64,000 nt of DNA from an uncultured bacterium (GTDB taxonomy: Bacteria > Patescibacteriota > JACMRA01), in assembly GCA_963704645.1 (NCBI GenBank), contig OY969926.1, positions 640,001 through 704,000 of the forward strand. Direction: 5' to 3'. The position numbers were made by a program, and so were the translations under genes. The notes under the pieces were generated by a model. That model was not told the origin of the DNA and ran no database searches. It was given only the letters and a program-made list of their open reading frames with translations. This document shows, piece after piece, positions 57,250 through 64,000 of the stretch (the first letter of the stretch is position 1; each line of letters begins with the position of its first letter).

Positions 57250-57345
57250 GTACTTGTTCAGGCTAGATTAATTTAAGCATGAAAGCTAGAAAATATCTTG
57301 GCAAGAGGTTGACAAAGATGCCGAATAAATTAAAAAATTAGTTGT

Positions 57346-57431
57346 GCCGTTGTGGTGGAATGGTAGACACGGGAGACTTAAAATCTCCTATCCGTAAGGG
57401 TGTGAGGGTTCGAGTCCCTCCGTCGGCACCA
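57346..57431 (+). tRNA. tRNA-Leu(TAA) with encoded CCA
   Basis: Cloverleaf: anticodon arm ggaga-ctTAAaa-tctcc, long variable arm, T-loop ggttcgagtcc, 3' ACCA; upstream TTGACA at 57309. Confidence 0.95.
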
Positions 57432-57768
57432 TTTAAATATTTTCCCCGTAAGGGGTATTTTTTATTGGGGGATAATTGCGTAAAATAAACTTCATCTATT
57501 TTGAACAATAAAAATTATATTGCAAATTGGCATACAACCCCTTTTAAATTATTATTTGGCTCCTAGTCGTTTGCTTGAAGCAGGCTGATTTCTCTTAAAA
57601 ATCTTTGTCAATCCTACACTTTTATAAACTTTAAAAAATACTTTGCAACTTAAAATTCAACAAATCATTTGTTTTATTTAGTTAAAAAATGCACATTTTA
57701 ATGTTGACCAAACAAGTTTTGTGTGCGTTTATATGATAGTCAAACTAAAATTTACTAAGAGTAAAATA

Positions 57769-58197
57769 ATGGCAATCCAAGATCGTATTTGTTTCTCAGA
57801 TATTCAAGACAAAGCAGTTGAGGTTGAAATAGACATTACAAATCAACAGGTTATTTCTAATAACGAAGACCTGCGCTCTGTATCCATTAACCGTGAAAAA
57901 AAGACTATAATGCTTGAAGTAAATGACGGATACCCAAGAGGGAAGAACTGGGCAGAATGGCTAGCAAAACATGGAGAAGCTTCTTTAATACAAAGTAGCG
58001 ACACTTGGGAATTCAGTCTAAATAATGACGTTAACATTGCAACCAACCAACACCATCTGATTTTCTGGACAATAAGCTTTGGGAATCAACTTCGAGTTGA
58101 TCAAAATGTTGTAGTCGTTGGAAGACTAACAATGAACAGTGGTGACTTTGAGGAGGTTAGTTTTAATGCTAAAGTTCTGACTATTAATTTAATATAG
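57769..58197 (+). CDS. Hypothetical protein
   Basis: TTGACC-N12-TGTGC promoter at 57704; hairpin at about 58214-58234. Confidence 0.65.
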   Translation: MAIQDRICFSDIQDKAVEVEIDITNQQVISNNEDLRSVSINREKKTIMLEVNDGYPRGKNWAEWLAKHGEASLIQSSDTWEFSLNNDVNIATNQHHLIFWTISFGNQLRVDQNVVVVGRLTMNSGDFEEVSFNAKVLTINLI

Positions 58198-58306
58198 ATT
58201 TATTGGTTTTTTTACCCTCTATTGTTGGAGGGTGAATTTATTTGCAAAAAAGTGCAGCTATAACAAATACTTGACAAGATAACTATTATCTTTCTAAGAG
58301 TTAGTT

Positions 58307-58765
58307 GTGCTAGAAAAAGATGTATCAAAATTTTCAAAAGCTGTTTTTTCACAAGAATCAGCCGAGTCTTTGTTGCACAAATTAGTTTATTTAATGGGTC
58401 AATCGGCTAACAAAAAGTTAATAGAAACTTTTAACTTAAATTTTACCCAATTCAGAATATTAATGCAGCTTAATTACGATCCAAATTCTAATCAGAAAAA
58501 CTTGGCTTTGTGTGTAGGAATGACTGAAGGTGGTTTAAGTAAAGCAATATTAGATTTAGAAGAAAAAGGAGTTATAATTTCTACTATTAACCGAAAAAAT
58601 AGAAGAGAAAGACATTTAAATTTAACCGAAACAGGAAAAGTTTTATTTGCAGAAGTAGCTGCCGAGTTAAGCCAAATGTCGCAAGAGCTATTTTCAGCTT
58701 TAAGCCCAGATGAAGTAACTAATTTCACAACAAACTTACAAAAATTGATACAGCAATTCAACTAA
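58307..58765 (+). CDS. MarR family regulator
   Basis: LNFTQFRIL, NQKNLA, LEEKG.I, NRRE..L.LT..G. Confidence 0.9.
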   Translation: MLEKDVSKFSKAVFSQESAESLLHKLVYLMGQSANKKLIETFNLNFTQFRILMQLNYDPNSNQKNLALCVGMTEGGLSKAILDLEEKGVIISTINRKNRRERHLNLTETGKVLFAEVAAELSQMSQELFSALSPDEVTNFTTNLQKLIQQFN

Positions 58766-58773
58766 TCAACACT

Positions 58774-61700
58774 ATGTCATCTCACAAAAAAGAAGTACAT
58801 TCTCAAAACAATACTCAAACCGAGTTAAAGAATACTTCGCAAGCCACAATTCAAAATACTTCTAACCCTGAATTGGGTCGAAAAGATTTTAACTACTATA
58901 TTGCCAAATTCTTTTTGAATAATAATAGGCTAACAATTTTAACTCTTTTTCTTTTAATAACTGTAGGAATTGGTAGTTTGCTTTTGCTTAAAACTACAGG
59001 TTTCCCTAATCCTGAAATTAAAATTGCCATTGTAAATACAATATACCCAGGAGCCAGTTCCGAGACAATTGTTAAAGATGTAACTCAACCTTTGGAAGCT
59101 GCAATTAAAGATGTAAGTGGAGTTGTTAGATATTCGTCTAATTCGTCTAATTCAGTATCTACAATTTCAGTATCTATAGATCAAAAGGCAGACAGTTCAA
59201 GCGTTAAAAATCAAATTGAATCGGCTGTAAAATCGGTAAAATTACCAGAAAACGCTGAAACTCCAATTTTAATTTCCCCAGATATTGGCGGTCCAGATTA
59301 TATTTTTTCAGTGGCTGGAGACGACAAAGCCAAAATGTATAATGTTTTTGAAAGTTTGAAACAAGAAATTACAGCTTTGCCAGAAACCGCTGAAGTAGAA
59401 GCTGCAGTTAATTTAGAAAAGAAAATTGTTGTAAGTTTAGACCAGCAAAAGTTAACAGCTGCTGGAATTCAAGCCTCCGATATTCAACAAAAACTAAGAA
59501 CTTTGGGTGAAAGTTTACCTGTAATTTCTGGAGTAGATTTAAACTCTCAAAGCACTTCAATTTCTACTTCTATTAAAGGTCAGGACTTGGAAACAATTCA
59601 AAATATACAGTTTACACCGTCACCTTCAGCGCTTCAGTTTGCAGCTCAGGCTGGAATTACAGTTACTTCAGTTTCGCTTAAAGATATTAGTACAATTGAA
59701 ACAAAATACGAGTTCGCAAATAAAAATGAAACAGTTTACGCCTTTAATTATGAAGGCAAAAGTACGGTTAAACCTGCCATAATTTTCACAGTAAAATCTA
59801 CTAAAGATATTGATCAGGCCAAATACAGTAACGCATTAGAGGAAATTATTAAGAAGAAAAGCGATATTGTTTTTGCCAAATCAGATGATGTTTCTAGTAA
59901 ATACGATGCTAATAAAGTATTAGTAGTAGAAAATTTGTCTATTAGTGAAGACAATAAAGAACAGGTTGACGAAGTAATAGGTGGTTTAATTGGAGGGCCT
60001 TTAAAAGTTGATGGATTTGCTGCAAATTTGGGTTGGCTTTTAGGCGGTATTCAGTTGGTTATGTTGGTAATGATTGCGTTCGTTTCTTGGAGGGCGGCAC
60101 TTATTGCAGGTATTTCCATTCCTCTAAGTTTAGCCTTTTCAACAATATATTTGTACTTAATTGGTGAAAATTTAAATACTTTAGTTTTGTTCTCTTTGGT
60201 TTTGGTTATTGGTTTAGTAGTTGACCCTGCTTTAGTTATGATGGAAGCTATTCAAAGAAAAATTGACGGAGGTTTAGTAGGCAAAGAAGCAGTTTTGGAA
60301 GCTGTTCGAGATGTAGGTCCAGGTGTGTTCATGGCTTGCTTAACTAACATTATTGTATTCGTACCTTTTGGGGTTATGTCTGGAATTTTAGGAGCAATTT
60401 TTGCTTATATTCCGCTAACAATTATACCAGCAACAATTGGTTCTTATGTTGTTCCTTTAATATTCCTAGCTTGGATGGGAGGTTTAATTTTAAAGCCTGC
60501 CAAAAATTCTAAGGGTAGCGAAGAAGAAAACCTTTGGCCAATAGCCCGCTGGTTGGAGCGTGTAAACTATAGAATTTTAACAGGTTCTAGGTGGGTTAGA
60601 CTAATTATTATTGTAGCTGGATTAATTGTGCCAATTCTGGTTTCTTATGCTTTAGTTTCAAGTGAACAAATTAAAGTGGTTCAATTTGCTAGTAACGATA
60701 ATGGTGAACAATTACAGGTTTCTGGAGTGTTCTTACCATCTTCAACAGTTGAAGAAAGATCTAAAATTACAGCTGAAATATTAAAAATTGCTACAGAAAA
60801 CCAAGACGTTATAGATTCTGCTCCTTTTGGAAATGGGTTTAGCTATATTTTAAATTTAAAATCAGTTAGCCAAAGAAGCCAAAAAGCCTCGGAGATAGCT
60901 GCTAATATTGATCAAAAATTCAAGGAAAAAATTGGAAATAAAATGTTTGATTTAAGAACTGGTGTAATTCAAAATGGACCTGCTGGTGCTGGTTATCAAG
61001 TGTCTGTAGCGGTTAAAACTGAAGACTTGGATAAGCTAAAAGTGTCCTCAGCGGAAGTAGCTAGAGTTATAAATTTGGTTTGTAAAAAGTCTGATAATTC
61101 TATAACCATTGAAGAAAACTGTAGTGATGGAAGCAGAATAATTACTAAAATTGATGACGGATATACTAACAAAAATAACCGTGTAATTGATATTGTTTTA
61201 AACCAAAAAGCATTGTCAGACAATCAGCTAATTATACCAAATGCTCCAGCTACTTTGTTTGTTAATTCTGCTGTGAAAAGTCAGTTCCAAATTGGAGATG
61301 GCAAAGAAGTTACTAAAATTAAAGTTGATGGAAAAGACTTGGGTGTTTATTTAGACAAAATTCAAGCCGACCCTGTTAGTGTTGAAAAATTGCAGGAAAT
61401 CAATGTAACTGGTTTAACTGGAAAAACTAATAAATTATCTGATATTGCTACTATCCAAGAAAGCTTCCCTAAAACTTCCATTGCTAGATCTAGAGGCCAA
61501 ACTTTAAACATTGTTCAAGCCAGACTGAACACAGAAAATGCTGAAAATCAAGCCGTTGCTGCTAGAATTGTAACTTCAGTAAAAGAATACTTTAGCAAAG
61601 ATAATTTTGCCGAAACCACCAAACTAGGACTTGAAGAAAATTCAATCTCAGAATTTAGTGATGGAAGTACTGCCGAATTTGCTAAGTCATTCCAAGAATT

Positions 61701-62301
61701 GTTAATTGCTTTAGTATTAGCTATTTTCATTAGCTACTTGGTACTAGCTTTGTTCTTCAATTCGCTATCACAACCATTAGCTATTATCTATACAATTCCA
61801 TTAACTTTGTTAGGTGTATTTCCTGCTTTGGCTTATTTTGGCGGAGGACAAATTGGCTTCTTAGAAATTATTGGTATTATTATTCTTGTTGGAATTGTAG
61901 AAAATGTTGCTATATTCTTAATTGACGCAGCTAATCAAAAAATTAACGAAGAAGGTCTTGATGAAAAAACTGCCATTGCTTTTGCTTCAGGTTTAAGGTT
62001 CAGGCCAGTTATTTTAACTAAGTTAACTGCACTTGCTTCACTTGCTCCGCTAGCTGTATTTTCAGTTTTCTACCGTTCAATTGCTGTTACAATTATATTC
62101 GGAATTATAGCCTCAGGTTTTATATCTTTGGTAACAACTCCAATTTTGTATATTTTCTGCAGATGGATGAGTAGACAGTTCGCGCAAGCTGCATGGTACA
62201 ACAAAATATTATTCTTAACTGTGGTTCTTGCTCCAATTTACTTAATTGTATGGGGAATTAAAGACAAACCAAGTAAGAAGGTGGAAGTTGTGAAAGCTTA
62301 A
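58774..62301 (+). CDS. AcrB/AcrD/AcrF-family RND transporter
   Basis: YPGAS.E.....VT.PLE, ISIPLSL, LNTL.LF.LVLVIGLVVD, RFRPVILT; two large external domains. Confidence 0.92.
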   Translation: MSSHKKEVHSQNNTQTELKNTSQATIQNTSNPELGRKDFNYYIAKFFLNNNRLTILTLFLLITVGIGSLLLLKTTGFPNPEIKIAIVNTIYPGASSETIVKDVTQPLEAAIKDVSGVVRYSSNSSNSVSTISVSIDQKADSSSVKNQIESAVKSVKLPENAETPILISPDIGGPDYIFSVAGDDKAKMYNVFESLKQEITALPETAEVEAAVNLEKKIVVSLDQQKLTAAGIQASDIQQKLRTLGESLPVISGVDLNSQSTSISTSIKGQDLETIQNIQFTPSPSALQFAAQAGITVTSVSLKDISTIETKYEFANKNETVYAFNYEGKSTVKPAIIFTVKSTKDIDQAKYSNALEEIIKKKSDIVFAKSDDVSSKYDANKVLVVENLSISEDNKEQVDEVIGGLIGGPLKVDGFAANLGWLLGGIQLVMLVMIAFVSWRAALIAGISIPLSLAFSTIYLYLIGENLNTLVLFSLVLVIGLVVDPALVMMEAIQRKIDGGLVGKEAVLEAVRDVGPGVFMACLTNIIVFVPFGVMSGILGAIFAYIPLTIIPATIGSYVVPLIFLAWMGGLILKPAKNSKGSEEENLWPIARWLERVNYRILTGSRWVRLIIIVAGLIVPILVSYALVSSEQIKVVQFASNDNGEQLQVSGVFLPSSTVEERSKITAEILKIATENQDVIDSAPFGNGFSYILNLKSVSQRSQKASEIAANIDQKFKEKIGNKMFDLRTGVIQNGPAGAGYQVSVAVKTEDLDKLKVSSAEVARVINLVCKKSDNSITIEENCSDGSRIITKIDDGYTNKNNRVIDIVLNQKALSDNQLIIPNAPATLFVNSAVKSQFQIGDGKEVTKIKVDGKDLGVYLDKIQADPVSVEKLQEINVTGLTGKTNKLSDIATIQESFPKTSIARSRGQTLNIVQARLNTENAENQAVAARIVTSVKEYFSKDNFAETTKLGLEENSISEFSDGSTAEFAKSFQELLIALVLAIFISYLVLALFFNSLSQPLAIIYTIPLTLLGVFPALAYFGGGQIGFLEIIGIIILVGIVENVAIFLIDAANQKINEEGLDEKTAIAFASGLRFRPVILTKLTALASLAPLAVFSVFYRSIAVTIIFGIIASGFISLVTTPILYIFCRWMSRQFAQAAWYNKILFLTVVLAPIYLIVWGIKDKPSKKVEVVKA

Positions 62302-62327
62302 ATCTCGATAACTAAAATTGTGCTATT

Positions 62328-62357
62328 GTAGGGGGCGATGTTTATCATCGCCTTTTT
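62328..62357 (+). terminator. Terminator/GTAG-type REP-like hairpin after the RND gene
   Basis: gtag-ggggcgatg-tttat-catcgcc-ttttt. Confidence 0.6.
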
Positions 62358-62438
62358 GGTTTTACTTAAATCTAAAACCCCGAACGGGCAAGAACGGGGT
62401 TAAAGTAAGAATACCTTATGAAGGTAGGTGATATTATT

Positions 62439-62987
62439 CTACAATGTAACTAAATTATTTGGGTCGGTAGAGTCTAGAATGTCTTCGGCCATGTCAGTGT
62501 CATCTTCAACGGCTAACATGACACCACCAGATTGAACAGTAGATTGAATTCTATCTGCCTCTGCGGCGTCCATCCCAGCTTTAGTTAAACCTGAAGCTAG
62601 TCCTGCTACTCCGGCAGCAGTTCCTCCAATTGCAGCTCCAGCAACTGTATTGGCAGCCAAGCTGCTAAAGCCTAAAGCTGCAGCCAAAGGCCCGGTAATT
62701 AGAAGGGCTCCGAAGCCAGGAATTGTTAAAGCTGCAACACCTGTTAAAAGCCCTATAATGCCGCCTAAACTAGCTCCGCTTAAGATTCCGCCTGTGGTTC
62801 CGGCTACTGTATCACCAATTGGATTATTATGATGATCACCAACATTCATTCCTTCTGTATGCATTTTTTTAGATGTTTCCTCAAGTGCAGCTACACTGAT
62901 ATGATCTCTAGAGACCCCTGCTTCAGTCAATTTGTGCAAAGCTTCATTTGCAGATTGAAAGTTGTCGTAAGTGGCGATGATTGTCAT
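62439..62987 (-). CDS. General stress protein (YflT-like N-terminus, glycine-zipper region)
   Basis: IIATYD...A..A...L...G.....ISV; G/A-rich IPGFG....GPLAAAL. Confidence 0.75.
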   Translation of the reverse strand: MTIIATYDNFQSANEALHKLTEAGVSRDHISVAALEETSKKMHTEGMNVGDHHNNPIGDTVAGTTGGILSGASLGGIIGLLTGVAALTIPGFGALLITGPLAAALGFSSLAANTVAGAAIGGTAAGVAGLASGLTKAGMDAAEADRIQSTVQSGGVMLAVEDDTDMAEDILDSTDPNNLVTL

Positions 62988-63312
62988 ATGAAGAATAGTT
63001 AACTTTTATAAAAAATGCTTGAGAATTGAAAATTACCCAGAGCAGTGTTTTTCTAGCTATATACTTTTTCGGGAATTGTCAAGTAGTTAAACGTCTACAA
63101 ATACCTTTTTTTATGCCTCTAATTGGCTGCCTCATGGTTTATTATAGGTTTATCTTGGCTGTTAATTTTAATCAACAACTTTTAAATTTCTTACTATTAG
63201 TTTGCAAATTGAGATCATAAATTTACTGTTTATGCCCGTAAAAATTAAAGTCACAAACAAAAATCCCCAGTGTATTTCTGGGGAAATTCTTATGGCAAAA
63301 TTAAACTCATTT

Positions 63313-64000
63313 CTATTTAAATGTACTCTGTGAAATTATTTGATCTATTTCAGAAAGATAGTTTTTATTATTAGTTTCAATTGTAGTTGCAAACTCAACC
63401 ACCTTTGCATTTTTGTATGGTTCCAGACCATCATTAGTTTTGAAAGATTTAAATTGTGGGTAATTGTTTGCGTCTATGTTTGATTCCATCAAAAAGCAAT
63501 CGCTACTTTGATTTCTAGGAGAGTAGCTAACTGAGTCTCTGTAATTGTACCTTACTATATTTTCGTTTATATTCGTTTGATTATCTGATGCGGTGCATGC
63601 CGTACTGCCATCTCCTAAAATGCCCAATTTGATAAAAACTGTGGTTTCGCCTTTACTTAAGGTAATAGTTCTTTTTAATAATCCCTCTATATAAATTTCA
63701 CTTGTACTAGTCTCAAATTTCCAATCTTCTGGATAAACTAGTTTAAAATCTGGGAAGTATTGATTGGTGTAAGTTTTTGTTGAAGTATTGTTTCCCTTAA
63801 AGGACTCCAATTTAATAGGGCTTTCTGTTAAAGTTATCCCAACGTAACTAATAATGTATGATTTGTTTTCGGTGCTGAAGTAATATGCAGTAACACCTCC
63901 CTCAGCTAAAGGCACTAATACTTTAACTTGATTTTTCACTTGATTACATAAAAATTCCGACAAGCCTATTTCTTTGCAGATAGTATCTTTAGATATATTT
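63313..64000 (-). CDS. Extracellular hypothetical protein with PsbP-like C-terminal domain (5' end outside window)
   Basis: Frame open to the window edge; YTN...F.L.YP.DW and DQIISQSTF. Confidence 0.6.
   Translation of the reverse strand, partial: NISKDTICKEIGLSEFLCNQVKNQVKVLVPLAEGGVTAYYFSTENKSYIISYVGITLTESPIKLESFKGNNTSTKTYTNQYFPDFKLVYPEDWKFETSTSEIYIEGLLKRTITLSKGETTVFIKLGILGDGSTACTASDNQTNINENIVRYNYRDSVSYSPRNQSSDCFLMESNIDANNYPQFKSFKTNDGLEPYKNAKVVEFATTIETNNKNYLSEIDQIISQSTFK

Noticed and set aside
57432-58300. Integrated element at tRNA-Leu
   Set aside because: No integrase and no duplicated tRNA 3' end seen in the window.
181-63220. Many short antisense or overlapping ORFs in the ORF track (e.g. 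3198, 16204, 37747, 49772, 60996, 63026)
   Set aside because: They are shadows of well-supported genes on the opposite strand or another frame, with no independent signals.

Overview
AT-rich bacterial chromosome segment read with genetic code 11. Gene content and style (divergent holA/holB, PilB/GspE, LemA, MurJ, GatD, a giant sortase-type surface protein, no central metabolism genes) suggest a Patescibacteria/CPR genome; this is inference. Recognisable genes include murJ, gatD, yraN, valS, tatD, ligA, rluA, pilB, lemA, rpsO, trxB, pnp, uvrB and tRNA-Leu(TAA). Most notable observations: (1) a 5.8-kb minus-strand array (10.0-15.8 kb) of seven single-gene cassettes joined by a conserved terminator+promoter module, four or five encoding a highly diverged, unrecognised paralogous family; (2) valS split into two separately promoted genes 5.2 kb apart, with palindromic repeats in-frame inside the gene and a further copy starting right after the split-point stop codon; (3) a stand-alone C-terminal ligA fragment; (4) many genes with a TTG -35 box exactly 35 nt before the start codon (leaderless), whereas cassette genes carry Shine-Dalgarno motifs; (5) an IS481 element and a 40-nt element that both sit inside one REP-like repeat; (6) two candidate structured ncRNAs. 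Product calls come from motif recognition by eye, not database searches.
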